In this document: one piece after another, positions 29,974 through 41,366 of the stretch
Position numbering within the stretch: position 1 is the stretch's first letter
Layout: each line of letters starts with the position of its first letter
NCBI GenBank assembly: GCA_965221955.1
Contig: CBDCTA010000028.1
Coordinates: 32,001 to 96,000 of the forward strand
Direction: 5' to 3'
Origin: Gammaproteobacteria bacterium
GTDB lineage: Bacteria; Pseudomonadota; Gammaproteobacteria; UBA4575
Length of the DNA: 64,000 nt
Notes under the pieces: model-generated
Told to the model about the DNA's origin: nothing
Database searches by the model: none
Seen by the model: the letters and a program-made list of their open reading frames with translations, nothing else
Program-made: the position numbers and the translations under genes

Positions 29974-30000
29974 GTGGCGAGTGTGCATATCGCTCGCCAC
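29974..30000. terminator. stem-loop after gene
   Basis: GTGGCGAG...CTCGCCAC; no clear U tract. Confidence 0.4.
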
Positions 30001-30034
30001 GCTATTAACTCAGATTATAAAGCAAAACTTTCAA

Positions 30035-30442
30035 ATGAATAAAAATATTTCTCCATTAGAAAGAACTGTGCTAAGACTACTGGCTTCACGAGCAGGAAAA
30101 CAAAAAGATTTAATACATACACAAATTTCACAAGCTAAAGTTGAGAGTAGACAATCTACTAATGTGGGCTTTATAACCAAATTTAGTTTGCCAAATACAG
30201 TCGATTCATTAAAAACAATGAGCAAAAGAAAAGTTTTAGAAATTTATGCAGAACACCCTCACACTCATGCAGGAGCAGAATTCTTATTATGGTTTGAATG
30301 TGGCAGACTAAAGTATTTAGAAGGCTATGTATTTATAGGCCATTGGCCTACTGAAGAATATAACTTCCACTTCTTAACTTATCATGATTCATTAAGTGCC
30401 GATTTAATTGAACGTAACAGCTCAATACACCAACACTATTGA
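30035..30442 (+). CDS. hypothetical protein
   Basis: Likely ATG at MNKNIS inside the track ORF 29972-30442. Confidence 0.5.
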   Translation: MNKNISPLERTVLRLLASRAGKQKDLIHTQISQAKVESRQSTNVGFITKFSLPNTVDSLKTMSKRKVLEIYAEHPHTHAGAEFLLWFECGRLKYLEGYVFIGHWPTEEYNFHFLTYHDSLSADLIERNSSIHQHY

Positions 30443-30448
30443 AATAAA

Positions 30449-31939
30449 TCAAGAAGCTGGGCGCATATGAGGGAATAAAATTACATCTCGTATCGTATGC
30501 ATATTCGTAAATAACATCACTAAACGATCTATTCCAATTCCTTCTCCTGCAGTTGGTGGCAACCCGTATTCTAGAGCGCGGATATAGTCTTCATCGTAAT
30601 GCATCGCTTCTTTGTCACCAGCATCTTTTTCTACAACTTGTGCCTGAAAGCGTTCTGCTTGATCTTCAGGGTCGTTTAATTCTGAAAAACCATTTGCGAT
30701 TTCACGCCCACCAACAAAAAACTCAAAACGATCTGTAACAAAAGGGTCATCATCATTCCGCCTTGCAAGCGGGGAAACTTCTGTTGGATACGCAGTAATA
30801 AAGGTTGGGTCTTTTAAATTTTCTTCAACTGTTTTCTCGAAAATTTCAATCTGAATTTTTCCTAAGCCATAGGTTTTTTTAATCGGAATACCTAACTGCT
30901 CCGCCACCTTCTTAGCTTTTTCTATATCATCAAGATCAGCATCTATTAAGTTAGAATTAAAATGCAAAATGGATTCTTTTACTGTCATGCGTGCAAAAGG
31001 CTTACTAAAGTCATACGTATCATCACCGTATTCAATAGAAGTCGTGTTTAACACTTCACTACAAATACCACGCAACATCTCTTCGGTAAGATCCATCAGT
31101 TGACGGTAGTCAGCATACGCTTGATAAAATTCAAGCATAGTAAACTCAGGATTATGACGTGTTGATAAACCTTCATTGCGAAAATTTCGATTTATTTCAA
31201 ATACACGCTCTACTCCACCTACAACTAACCTTTTTAAATAAAGTTCTGGCGCAATGCGTAGAAATAAATCCATACCTAATGCATTGTGATGAGTCTCAAA
31301 AGGTCTTGCAGTAGCGCCACCAGGTATCGCTTGCATCATTGGTGTTTCAACTTCTACAAATTTTCGTTCGGCTAGAAAATCACGTAGGTATTGAATGATT
31401 TGAGTTCTCGTTCTGAAAACATTGCGCGTGTCTTCGCTCATAATCAAATCTACATAACGTTGGCGATATTTTTGTTCTTGATCTGTTAAGCCATGATATT
31501 TTTCTGGCAAAGGTCGCAAAGATTTAGTCAACAAAGAAACGGACTCCATCTTTATATATAAATCGCCTTTACCGGATTTATGTATGGGCCCTTGTACACC
31601 AATAATGTCGCCGATATCCCAAGTATCGATTTCTTTAACAAGGTCTTTTGCTAAACCTTTTCGATCAATATACGACTGAATCCGTCCGGACATATCTTGC
31701 AATACAAGAAATGGGCCTCGCTTAGCCATGACACGACCAGCAATAGATGCTGTTTGGTTTAATTCAACGAGTTCTTCTTTTGACTTATCACCAAATAAAT
31801 CCTGCAAGTCTTGAGCATAGCTATCGCGTTTAAAAACATTAGGATAGGCATTACCTTTTTCACGTAACTCATTTAACTTTGCACGACGTTGTGCAATGAG
31901 CTTGTTTTCATCTTCCATGTTTTGTTTATTGTCTGCCAT
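30449..31939 (-). CDS. lysS: lysine--tRNA ligase
   Basis: [40 protein letters not shown]. Confidence 0.98.
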   Translation of the reverse strand: MADNKQNMEDENKLIAQRRAKLNELREKGNAYPNVFKRDSYAQDLQDLFGDKSKEELVELNQTASIAGRVMAKRGPFLVLQDMSGRIQSYIDRKGLAKDLVKEIDTWDIGDIIGVQGPIHKSGKGDLYIKMESVSLLTKSLRPLPEKYHGLTDQEQKYRQRYVDLIMSEDTRNVFRTRTQIIQYLRDFLAERKFVEVETPMMQAIPGGATARPFETHHNALGMDLFLRIAPELYLKRLVVGGVERVFEINRNFRNEGLSTRHNPEFTMLEFYQAYADYRQLMDLTEEMLRGICSEVLNTTSIEYGDDTYDFSKPFARMTVKESILHFNSNLIDADLDDIEKAKKVAEQLGIPIKKTYGLGKIQIEIFEKTVEENLKDPTFITAYPTEVSPLARRNDDDPFVTDRFEFFVGGREIANGFSELNDPEDQAERFQAQVVEKDAGDKEAMHYDEDYIRALEYGLPPTAGEGIGIDRLVMLFTNMHTIRDVILFPHMRPAS

Positions 31940-31946
31940 AGTATTT

Positions 31947-33042
31947 CTATAAACCTGATTTAAGGCTTGCTTCTATAAATTGATCAAGATTTCCATCTAA
32001 TACTGCCTGCGTATTTCCAGTTTCTACTGACGTGCGCAAATCTTTAATCCGAGATTGGTCTAACACGTAAGAACGAATCTGGCTTCCCCAACCAATATCT
32101 GCCTTGCTATCTTCAACAGCCTGCTGCTCACCTTGTCGCTTTTGAATTTCTAACTCGTATAACTTGGCTTTAAGTTGTTTCATCGCAACATCTTTATTTT
32201 TATGCTGCGATCGATCATTTTGACATTGTGTCACAACACCAGTGGGTAAGTGTGTAATTCTAACTGCAGACTCGGTTTTATTAACATGTTGGCCACCTGC
32301 CCCGCTGGCTCGATAAACATCTATACGTAAATCCGCAGGGTTAATATCGATTTCGATATCGTCATCTATTTCAGGCGAAACAAAAACGGCCGCAAATGAT
32401 GTGTGTCTGCGATTCCCCGAATCAAAGGGTGATTTCCTAACTAAACGATGCACACCTGTTTCCGTACGCAACCATCCAAATGCATAGTCCCCATCAAACT
32501 TAATGGTTGCACTTTTAATCCCAGCAACTTCTCCAGGTGACACTTCAATCAATTCCGTTTTAAAGCCTTTTTGCTCACCCCAACGTAAATACATCCGTAG
32601 CAACATTTCTGCCCAATCTTGCGCTTCGGTTCCTCCTGAGCCGGATTGCACATCTAAAAACGCATTATTTGCATCCATCTCACCAGAAAACATACGACGA
32701 AATTCTAATTCAGCAACGCGAGAATCTAATTGCTGTAGATCTTTTTCTATGGATTGCAGCGTTTCAACATCACCCTCATCAGAAGCTAGTTCTAATAAAT
32801 CGCTTGCATCACTCACTCCTGCCTCAACTTCTTCTATAGTTCTCACAACAGCTTCAAGGTTTGAGCGCTCCTTGCCTAGCTTTTGCGCAAGGTCTGGTTG
32901 ATTCCAGACTTCTGGATCTTCTAATTCTCGACCGACTTCATCCAATCGCTCACGTTTAATTTCGTAGTCAAAGGTACCCCCTTAGACTTGCCGAGCGAGA
33001 TTGTAAGTCTTCAATAAGGTTTTGTAAGGGATTAATTTCCAT
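31947..33042 (-). CDS. prfB: peptide chain release factor 2 (programmed +1 frameshift)
   Basis: ATG at 33042, 24 codons to AGG GGG TAC CTT TGA C; SPF and GGQ motifs downstream. Confidence 0.97.
32967..32982 (-). other. prfB +1 frameshift signal
   Basis: AGGGGG-TAC-CTTTGAC on minus strand. Confidence 0.93.
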
Positions 33043-33101
33043 ATAAACAAATTCTTTGATGTGTTAGCGCGCGCGTATAGTAACGCAACTATAGCTTAAG
33101 T

Positions 33102-34829
33102 CTAGAGAGACTCTAAATATTGAATAATTAATTGTGGAGAACGCATGCCACGAAATTCATTCACACTGAGCTGGTACGCAATATGAACTTCACCAGATTC
33201 TTTATTCCATTGATGTTTATCGATGTTAAATGCAATTGCATCAATCTTCTGACACCCTCCTGTAGGCGTTACATTTAACTTTAAATGATGTTTACCAACG
33301 ATCCGATGTTCGTTTACATCAAACACGCCATCAAATATGGGCTCTGGAAAACCCTGCCCCCATGGGCCTGCTTGAAAAAGGAGCTCGGCAATATCTAATG
33401 ACAATTCCTTTTCCGCAAGTTCACCATCAGAAAGTAAAATGGCTTCTAATTGTTCGGGAGTTACAAGCTCCTCAATAATTTGATTAAAAGCTTCTGAAAA
33501 CTCAGCATGCTTATCAATTGGAATGGAAAGACCTGCAGCCATAGCATGGCCACCAAAAGTATTCACCAATTGAGGATTTCGTGTAGCAAGTAGATCTAGT
33601 GCATCACGAATATGTAAGCCTGGTATCGATCGCGCCGAGCCTTTTAACTCTGTTTCATTCGTTTGTGCAAAAACTATTACCGGTCGATGAAATTCTTCTT
33701 TTATGCGTGCAGCAACAACCCCTATGACACCTTGATGCCATTCTGGATCATATAACGCTATACCAAAACGATGTGCGTCAACATTTTCGAATTTATTAGA
33801 TTTTAATACCTCCAGAGCCTCCATCTGCATCTCTCGTTCAATTTGTTTGCGCTCTTCATTTAGATTGTTTAGTTGTTCTGCTAACTCAATTGCGTGTGAT
33901 TCATCGTTGCTTAGTAAACATTCAATTCCAAGCGACATATCATCTAAACGACCTGCAGCATTTAACCGTGGGCCTACAACAAAGCCAAGATCAGCTGAAC
34001 TAATTCTATAAAGTTTTTTACCTGCAACCGTTAATAAGGCTCGAATACCTGGGCAACATTTATTGGAACGAATACGTCTTAATCCTTGTTCGACTAAAAT
34101 ACGATTGTTGTAATCTAGCTTGGCAACATCAGCAACGGTACCTACGGCAACAATATCCAAGAATTGCGCAAGATTTGGTTCTTGAATATTTCTTTCATTA
34201 AACCAATTATTATCCCTTAACAGTGCGCGTAGAGCTGACAACACATAAAACACCACACCCACACCTGCTAGGTGTTTACTAGGGAATTCATCATTCGCTT
34301 GATTAGGATTAATGATGACATCGGCATTCGGAAGCTCTTTACCGGGCAAATGGTGATCGGTAATAATTACATCAATTCCGTTTGCCTTGGCTGCTGCAAC
34401 GCCCTCTATACTCGATATCCCATTATCAACCGTGATAATCAAATCAGGTTCTAGATCAAGGGCTACCTCAACGATTTCTGCTGTTAAACCATAGCCATAC
34501 TCAAATCGATTCGGGACCAAATATTGGATGTTCGCATAACCAAAACTATTTAATGCACGCACAAATAAAGCAGTGCTGGTCGCTCCATCTGCATCGAAGT
34601 CTCCTACAATCAGAATACGTTGATCGTTTTGCATACAGTGATAAATATGCTGTACTCCAGCATCCACATTCAGCAATTTACCTGGAGGTAGTGTTTTAGT
34701 CAGTGAATGATTAATTTCTTCTTCACTATTAACCCCTCTTTGAGCATAAATACGCTGGAGGATCGGAGGCAGATCGGCAAACTCCTCACTGATCGCAACA
34801 TCAGGACGACGTTTAATGGTAGTTAACAT
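33102..34829 (-). CDS. recJ: ssDNA exonuclease RecJ
   Basis: GDFDADG, TVDNG, TDHH, GTVAD, RLNAAGRL, GGHAMAAG. Confidence 0.97.
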   Translation of the reverse strand: MLTTIKRRPDVAISEEFADLPPILQRIYAQRGVNSEEEINHSLTKTLPPGKLLNVDAGVQHIYHCMQNDQRILIVGDFDADGATSTALFVRALNSFGYANIQYLVPNRFEYGYGLTAEIVEVALDLEPDLIITVDNGISSIEGVAAAKANGIDVIITDHHLPGKELPNADVIINPNQANDEFPSKHLAGVGVVFYVLSALRALLRDNNWFNERNIQEPNLAQFLDIVAVGTVADVAKLDYNNRILVEQGLRRIRSNKCCPGIRALLTVAGKKLYRISSADLGFVVGPRLNAAGRLDDMSLGIECLLSNDESHAIELAEQLNNLNEERKQIEREMQMEALEVLKSNKFENVDAHRFGIALYDPEWHQGVIGVVAARIKEEFHRPVIVFAQTNETELKGSARSIPGLHIRDALDLLATRNPQLVNTFGGHAMAAGLSIPIDKHAEFSEAFNQIIEELVTPEQLEAILLSDGELAEKELSLDIAELLFQAGPWGQGFPEPIFDGVFDVNEHRIVGKHHLKLNVTPTGGCQKIDAIAFNIDKHQWNKESGEVHIAYQLSVNEFRGMRSPQLIIQYLESL

Positions 34830-35040
34830 GTATGAGCAGACAAGATGAAATATAATTGCCGTTAAAGCATAAGGAACGATGTCATTCTAAACAAGAACAC
34901 TAGCGTAAAGCACTTTTATTTATTGGTTAACCATAAAAATCATGACTCCTTCAGTTAACAAAGCTGTTTAACTAACCCTATAATAATCATATTTATTAGC
35001 TAGTTATTCACACTATCTTAAGCAATTACTTCATAAAATA

Positions 35041-36453
35041 ATGGCTGAGCACATTTTATTTTTAACCGGCAAACTGGCTGAAAAAAGTTTACATCGCGTA
35101 CTGGAGTCTATGCAGCCTACTGATTTTACTTATGAAGTACGACAACTAGGCGTTAGTGTTGCAGCACTGATGACCACCAACCTAATTGAAAAACGCTTAA
35201 CTGATACCGGGCATGCACAGAGAATTATTCTTCCAGGACGATGCCGTGGCGATATCGATGAGTTAGCAGAAGTATTAAATGTACTTGTAGAACGTGGGCC
35301 TGAAGAGCTCAAAGATTTACCTGCCTATTTCGGCCAAATCGACCGCAAAGCGGACTTAACACAATATGATGTACAAATTTTTGCTGAAATTGTTGACGCT
35401 CCCAATATGTCTGTTAAAGACATTGTCAAAAGAGCACAAATTTATAAACAAGATGGTGCCAACGTCATTGATCTAGGTTGTCTACCCAACACACCTTTCC
35501 CCCATCTACCTGAGGCAGTTCAAGCACTTAAATCAGAAGGCTTTAAAGTGAGTGTGGACTCACTCACTCCCAAAGACTTAGTTACCGGGGGTAAAGCAGG
35601 TGCAGACTTTTTACTTAGTATCAGTGAAAAAACGCTATGGATATTAAACGAAGTGGAATCCGTACCCATTTTAATTGGCAACACTCCATCTGATGCCCGC
35701 TCTTTATATCGCGCAATTGAAATACTACTCAAACAAAATCGCAGATTTATTGCGGATTCTATTTTAGATCCGATCCATTTTGGCTTTACCGAATCGATTG
35801 TTCGTTATCGAAATTTACGCAACCGTTATCCTGAAATTGAAATAATCATGGGGATTGGTAATTTAACTGAACTCACACATGCTGATTCTGCAGGCACCAA
35901 TGCACTTTTACTTGGCGTTATCTCTGAATTAGAAATTAACCATGTACTTGCAACAGAGGTAAGTGAACACTGTCGTTGTGCCGTACGTGAAGCTGACCTT
36001 GCCCGACGAATTATGTATGCCTCAAGGATCGATCATATTCCACCCAAAGGTTATGACAATGGCTTAATGGCATTACATGAACGCAAAGCATTTCCATATA
36101 CATTAGAAGAAGTAAAAGAATTTGCAGCCGAAATCAAAGATCCAAATTTTCGTATTCAAGTGAGCGAGGATGGCATCCATACTTATAATAGAGATGGTCT
36201 CCATACTACGACAGATCCATATGAGATTTATCCAGTATTAAATGTAGAAGATGATGGTGGGCATGCATTTTATTTAGGAGTTGAACATGCACGTGCTCAA
36301 ATTGCTTGGCAGTTAGGTAAACGTTATGAACAAGACGAAGAGCTAGACTGGGGCGTAGCGGTTAAAAAAGATGAACAAGATTTAAATACACAAAAACAAG
36401 CGGGTACTACTATGCATACTCGTAAATCTAGAAAGAATAAAAGGAAAAAGTAA
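35041..36453 (+). CDS. dihydropteroate-synthase-like methanopterin biosynthesis protein (Orf20, DUF6513)
   Basis: LFLTGKLAE, IDLGCLP, GNLTELT, HAFYLGVE, YEQDEEL; C1 cluster context. Confidence 0.8.
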   Translation: MAEHILFLTGKLAEKSLHRVLESMQPTDFTYEVRQLGVSVAALMTTNLIEKRLTDTGHAQRIILPGRCRGDIDELAEVLNVLVERGPEELKDLPAYFGQIDRKADLTQYDVQIFAEIVDAPNMSVKDIVKRAQIYKQDGANVIDLGCLPNTPFPHLPEAVQALKSEGFKVSVDSLTPKDLVTGGKAGADFLLSISEKTLWILNEVESVPILIGNTPSDARSLYRAIEILLKQNRRFIADSILDPIHFGFTESIVRYRNLRNRYPEIEIIMGIGNLTELTHADSAGTNALLLGVISELEINHVLATEVSEHCRCAVREADLARRIMYASRIDHIPPKGYDNGLMALHERKAFPYTLEEVKEFAAEIKDPNFRIQVSEDGIHTYNRDGLHTTTDPYEIYPVLNVEDDGGHAFYLGVEHARAQIAWQLGKRYEQDEELDWGVAVKKDEQDLNTQKQAGTTMHTRKSRKNKRKK

Positions 36454-36454
36454 A

Positions 36455-37018
36455 TTGCCGTTTATAAGAGAATGTATCGTCACCACCCTTCGAGAGGATA
36501 AATCTGTACACATTGCACCAATGGGCATTCACGAAGATGGCGAAAAGTTAATCATTTTGCCATTTAAACCCTCTGCAACCTTAGATAATCTCGAAAGCAA
36601 TGGCACCGCAACACTCAATTATACGGATGATGTACGCATCTACGCAGGTTGTCTAATCGGACATCAAGATTGGCCCACTTGCTCCACCGATCAAATTAAA
36701 GGAGCACGTTTAGAAAACTGCCTATCCCACACAGAGTTAGAAGTTATTAATAAAGTAGAAGATGAGGTAAGGCCGCAATATATATGCAAAACTGTTCATG
36801 AAGCTACACACCAAGCATTTCATGGTTATAATCGTGCACAATCTGCCGTTTTGGAACTAGCCATTTTAACCAGTCGTTTACATATGCTACCTCCCGAAAA
36901 AATTCAACAAGAGATTGAATATTTATCAATTGGTTACGAAAAAACTTCAGGTCCGCGCGAACAAGAAGCATGGGGATGGTTGATGGAAAAAATTCAAGCC
37001 TATTCACATAAGACGTAA
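36455..37018 (+). CDS. DUF447-family protein (Orf19)
   Basis: HIAPMG, PFKPSAT, GYNRAQ, ILTSRL. Confidence 0.75.
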   Translation: MPFIRECIVTTLREDKSVHIAPMGIHEDGEKLIILPFKPSATLDNLESNGTATLNYTDDVRIYAGCLIGHQDWPTCSTDQIKGARLENCLSHTELEVINKVEDEVRPQYICKTVHEATHQAFHGYNRAQSAVLELAILTSRLHMLPPEKIQQEIEYLSIGYEKTSGPREQEAWGWLMEKIQAYSHKT

Positions 37019-37036
37019 AAGTAAGGAAATACAAAC

Positions 37037-37744
37037 ATGACAGGTATGTTAGCCAGCGTACGCGACCTTGAAGAAGCAAAGCTAGTCTACGAAGGTGGCG
37101 TTAACATCATTGACTTAAAAGAACCCAACGATGGTGCTTTAGGAGCAGTTCCATTACAACAAATACATCGTGTAGTAGATGATTTATGGGAAAAATGTGT
37201 GATCAGTGCAACAATTGGCGATCTTCCTGCCGATTACGTCAAAATTAATGAAAAAGTCATTCAAACTGCTGAGACTGGAGTCGACTATGTCAAAGTTGGC
37301 ATGTTTAGTGAGCGTCACATTGAGACTTGTTTGCCAAACTTAATCCATTGCGCAAATAAAGGTATCGCCATAATCGCCGTATTTTTTGCCGACATGGATT
37401 TTGACGTTGACTTTGCAATTCGCATTGCAACGGACGCACGTTTAAAAGGTGTAATGTTAGACACAGCACGTAAAGGCTCAGGAGGCTTATTAACATATAA
37501 AAATATCATGCAACTAGAGTACTTTGTTAATCGTGCTAAACAAAATGATTTGCTCACAGGACTTGCCGGATCTTTAGTTATTGACGACATCCCTACTTTG
37601 TTAAAAGCATCACCCGACTACATCGGTTTTCGAACCGCATTGTGTGACAGCAATTTAAGGATGGGCTCCTTAAATCAACAAGCTATAGAATCTGTACGAC
37701 AATCCATTCCTGTTCCTGAAAAATTGCAACGCAAGCTTGCTTAA
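37037..37744 (+). CDS. mfnB: (5-formylfuran-3-yl)methyl phosphate synthase (MfnB/Orf22)
   Basis: MLASV, IIDLKEP..GALGA, SATIGD, YVKVG, MLDTARK, GLAGSL, GFR. Confidence 0.85.
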   Translation: MTGMLASVRDLEEAKLVYEGGVNIIDLKEPNDGALGAVPLQQIHRVVDDLWEKCVISATIGDLPADYVKINEKVIQTAETGVDYVKVGMFSERHIETCLPNLIHCANKGIAIIAVFFADMDFDVDFAIRIATDARLKGVMLDTARKGSGGLLTYKNIMQLEYFVNRAKQNDLLTGLAGSLVIDDIPTLLKASPDYIGFRTALCDSNLRMGSLNQQAIESVRQSIPVPEKLQRKLA

Positions 37745-37763
37745 TATTTAATTCAAAAGCTCT

Positions 37764-38024
37764 ATGAAAAAAATAAAAAATGAAGCAGAGCTCGTCAAAA
37801 AAGCCATACGTGTTGGAATGATTTATGCTCAAAAGCGTGGCGTGGTCAAATTTGAAGCCACAGACTCGGCGAATGAAAAAATCGAATATCTATACAGACT
37901 ACTTGTTCACGACAAACTCATACAACCCCTAGCAAAAGATCAATTGGGATTGCCCGGCATGAAACACAAACTTGCCATATGGGTCTCTAAGCAATTACCA
38001 AAAGATCATCCATTATTACAATAA
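37764..38024 (+). CDS. DUF5062-like small protein
   Basis: MKKIKNEAELVK...YRLLVHDKLIQPL...MKHKLA. Confidence 0.6.
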   Translation: MKKIKNEAELVKKAIRVGMIYAQKRGVVKFEATDSANEKIEYLYRLLVHDKLIQPLAKDQLGLPGMKHKLAIWVSKQLPKDHPLLQ

Positions 38025-38095
38025 TTCTATACAAGCCTTAGTATAAACCGGGTTAACTGCTAGACTTATTCTCAGGATTAGCTAAATTATTTAGC

Positions 38096-39478
38096 ATGAA
38101 TGAGCCTGAAAATAAAACGACTGTTCGACCAACTCGCACAAAGCTTGCATTTCAAAAGTTTTGGTTCAAATTCTGCCGTTTAATCGTAAGTATTTTCTAT
38201 CGTAACTTTGAAATCTCTGGAAAGGAAAATATTCCTGAAAATACTGGTCTCTTATTATGTGCAAATCATGTTAATGCATTAGTCGATGTATTGGTCTTAC
38301 AAGCTTCTATTAACAAAGAGCTGCTACCACTTGCCAGAAGTGGTTTGTTTCTTAATCCTTTTTTAAAACCTATTTTAACTTTAATAGGCGCCATCCCAGT
38401 TTTTCGTCGTAATGACCCTGGAAGTGACACTGCTCGAAATGAAGATTCATTTATCAAATGTCATGAAGCTCTTGCAAACAATAAAACCATAATCATATTT
38501 CCGGAAGGACAAAGTCATTCTGATCCACATATAAATAAACTAAAAACAGGAGCTGCACGAATCGCATTGGGCGCATTGCAGAATAACGAAAAAACTCCAG
38601 TAGTACTCCCTGTAGGACTCACCTTCTCTCGAAAAGGTAAATTTCGTAGTGATGTGTTAGTGCAATATGGGACGGCTATAGATTTATCTACTCCAGACAA
38701 TTTAGAATATTTTTCATCTGTAGAACTTATTACTGATCGGATTAAACATGAGCTCGCCAAAGTCACTTTAAACGCAGACTCATGGGAAGATCTTTATTTA
38801 ATTACACGCTTAGAAAAGTTTTTTACTTTACGGCGTGGCAAATACAAAAAAGGTCATTTAAAGAACCGTTTTCAAGCTTTACAGCGATTAATTGACGCCC
38901 AACGCCTGTTAAGAATTTATGAACCTGATAAAGTGCGATCTTTGGTAACTCAGCTACGTGGATTTGAGCGACTATGCAAGTGTTGCGGCATACGCGATTA
39001 TCATTTAACTATAAAATATAAACCTATCTTAATTACCATCTACATCCTGCGCCTAACAATACTCATATTAATAGGGCTGCCCTTAGCGATCTGGGGACTT
39101 ATCAATAGTTTTATTCCTTATCAACTTACCCGAGATGCCACACGAAAAATTGCAAAAGGTCTAGATCAATATGATACTGCCAACGTCACATTTGGCCTGT
39201 TATTTTTTTTACTTTTTTGGTCAACTCAGACATATATCGTATATCGATATTTTGGAACAAGTGCTTCATTAATTTATCTCTCAAGCATTGTTATAACAGC
39301 ACCTTTTGCACTTAAACTAAGCAAGGAATATCATATTATTTACGATAATATTAAAATATTCTTTTTATTCTTACGCAAAAAACAGTTGCGCGAATATCTA
39401 GAAGCAAAACGTAAAGATATAGAAATAGAGTTGGCAAAATTAGTCAGAATCGTGAAGAGACTTCCGAATATTCAATAA
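38096..39478 (+). CDS. lysophospholipid/glycerol acyltransferase
   Basis: NHVNALVD (HX4D), IFPEG, KTGAAR; C-terminal TMs. Confidence 0.85.
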   Translation: MNEPENKTTVRPTRTKLAFQKFWFKFCRLIVSIFYRNFEISGKENIPENTGLLLCANHVNALVDVLVLQASINKELLPLARSGLFLNPFLKPILTLIGAIPVFRRNDPGSDTARNEDSFIKCHEALANNKTIIIFPEGQSHSDPHINKLKTGAARIALGALQNNEKTPVVLPVGLTFSRKGKFRSDVLVQYGTAIDLSTPDNLEYFSSVELITDRIKHELAKVTLNADSWEDLYLITRLEKFFTLRRGKYKKGHLKNRFQALQRLIDAQRLLRIYEPDKVRSLVTQLRGFERLCKCCGIRDYHLTIKYKPILITIYILRLTILILIGLPLAIWGLINSFIPYQLTRDATRKIAKGLDQYDTANVTFGLLFFLLFWSTQTYIVYRYFGTSASLIYLSSIVITAPFALKLSKEYHIIYDNIKIFFLFLRKKQLREYLEAKRKDIEIELAKLVRIVKRLPNIQ

Positions 39479-39584
39479 ATACTAATAGTAATTCTAATAC
39501 TATATTTATAAGATAAATTCGATACGACACATAGCTTATAGTAGTTATTTTTTTAACTACTTCGACTAAAGGAGTTTAGTAATC

Positions 39585-40013
39585 ATGCAAACTATTAAAC
39601 AGCTTTTAGAAAACAAAGGTAAAGAGTTATTCACCATAAACCCTAATGACTCCGTCTATGATGCTATTAAATCTATGGCAGACCATCATATCGGTTCACT
39701 AGTGGTTATGGATAATGAAAAATTAGTTGGAATAATTACTGAAAGAGACTACTCCAGAAATGTAATATTAAAAGGAAAATCTTCGATTAACACCTTGGTT
39801 AAAGATATCATGACGAAAAATGTCTTATGCACCACTCCCGATAAAACTATCGAGGAAGCGATGGCATTAATGACTGAAAAACGTGTAAGACATTTACCTG
39901 TTGTAGAGAATAAAAATGTGCTCGGTCTGATTTCTATTGGCGACCTAGTGAAATCGATTATATCAGAACAAAAACACATAATAGAACAACTAGAACACTA
40001 TATTAATGGTTAA
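39585..40013 (+). CDS. CBS-domain protein
   Basis: GIITERDY, RHLPVV, ISIGDLVK. Confidence 0.9.
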   Translation: MQTIKQLLENKGKELFTINPNDSVYDAIKSMADHHIGSLVVMDNEKLVGIITERDYSRNVILKGKSSINTLVKDIMTKNVLCTTPDKTIEEAMALMTEKRVRHLPVVENKNVLGLISIGDLVKSIISEQKHIIEQLEHYING

Positions 40014-40019
40014 CAATAC

Positions 40020-40586
40020 ATGCTTAGAGCAAGTGATGAAACCATTACATACCAATCTATCTTAAAGTTTTGGTTTTCTGAACCAGTAAATAAACTCTGG
40101 TTTAAATCTACACCTGAATTTGATGATGAAATATTAATCAAATTCCATTCTTTGTGGTTAGATGCTAAAAAAGAAAAACTTATAAATTGGGAAAAAACAG
40201 CGCAAGGCTGTTTAGCATTAACAATAGTGCTGGATCAATTTCCTCTCAATATGTTTCGTGGCACTGCTAAAAGCTTCTCAACAGAACAGCACGCAATTCG
40301 TATATCACGTCAAGCAATTGCAAATAAATTTGATAAGAAGCTTCCTTTATATCAGCGATCATTCCTTTATATGCCACTGATGCACAGCGAAAATATTAAC
40401 GATCAAAATCTTTCGGTTGAACTATTTACAGATAGTGGACTAAAAAATAACTTACGGTTCGCAAAACATCATCGCGATATTATTAAGGAATATGGACGTT
40501 TCCCACACCGAAATTCGATTTTAGGCCGTAACAGTACAGAGAAAGAACTTGAATATTTGAATTCCCCGCAAGCGTTTACAGGGTAG
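40020..40586 (+). CDS. DUF924-family protein
   Basis: LDQFPLNMFR, YMPLMHSE, GRFPHRN..LGR.ST. Confidence 0.9.
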   Translation: MLRASDETITYQSILKFWFSEPVNKLWFKSTPEFDDEILIKFHSLWLDAKKEKLINWEKTAQGCLALTIVLDQFPLNMFRGTAKSFSTEQHAIRISRQAIANKFDKKLPLYQRSFLYMPLMHSENINDQNLSVELFTDSGLKNNLRFAKHHRDIIKEYGRFPHRNSILGRNSTEKELEYLNSPQAFTG

Positions 40587-40596
40587 TTTTTTCACA

Positions 40597-41340
40597 ATGG
40601 CAAATAAATGGACGATTAACTGGCAAGACTCATTGATAGCCTCTTTATTAATCGTCTCTTTTGTGAGTTTATTTTTTGCAGCTCCAATTCCTCAAGATCT
40701 CTCATATCATGTGTTTGCAGACAATCGAAGCATACTAGGTGTGAACAATTTCTTTGATGTAGCTTCAAACTTACCCTTCTTATTCGTAGGCACTATAGGA
40801 CTAATTAGTATTTACAAAAATTGGGGAATAACTAGTTCGTGGAGCTGGTTGGTCTTATTTTTATCAGTCTTCTTAGTTGCATTTGGTTCTTCTTACTATC
40901 ACCTAAACCCTGAAAATAGAACTTTAACTTGGGATCGATTACCGATGGCAATTGGATTTATGGCCTTGTTTGTAATTACGATAGCAGATTATATAAGCCA
41001 AAAGCTCGAAAAATGGCTATTAATACCAATGTGTTTAGTTGGAATTATTTCAGTTTTATATTGGCATTTCACAGATGACTTAAGAATTTATGCATGGGTG
41101 CAGTTTGTATCGATGGCTTTGCTATTGATAATCATTTTTATTTATAAACCACACCATTTACAAACTAAGCACCTTCTTTATGCATTCTTCTTTTACATTT
41201 TATCTAAATTAGCTGAGCACTTTGATAAACAAATATTTGAGTTACTTGATCAAATTGTAAGCGGCCACACACTCAAACATTTGCTTGCTGCAATGGCCAC
41301 ATTTTTTTTCTATCTATTACTAATTCGCAGGAAAACCTAA
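40597..41340 (+). CDS. ceramidase-like (CREST) membrane protein
   Basis: SNLPF, GSSYYH, WDRLPM, SGHTLKH. Confidence 0.75.
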   Translation: MANKWTINWQDSLIASLLIVSFVSLFFAAPIPQDLSYHVFADNRSILGVNNFFDVASNLPFLFVGTIGLISIYKNWGITSSWSWLVLFLSVFLVAFGSSYYHLNPENRTLTWDRLPMAIGFMALFVITIADYISQKLEKWLLIPMCLVGIISVLYWHFTDDLRIYAWVQFVSMALLLIIIFIYKPHHLQTKHLLYAFFFYILSKLAEHFDKQIFELLDQIVSGHTLKHLLAAMATFFFYLLLIRRKT

Positions 41341-41366
41341 TTCGATATTTTATATAATAATCGAAC

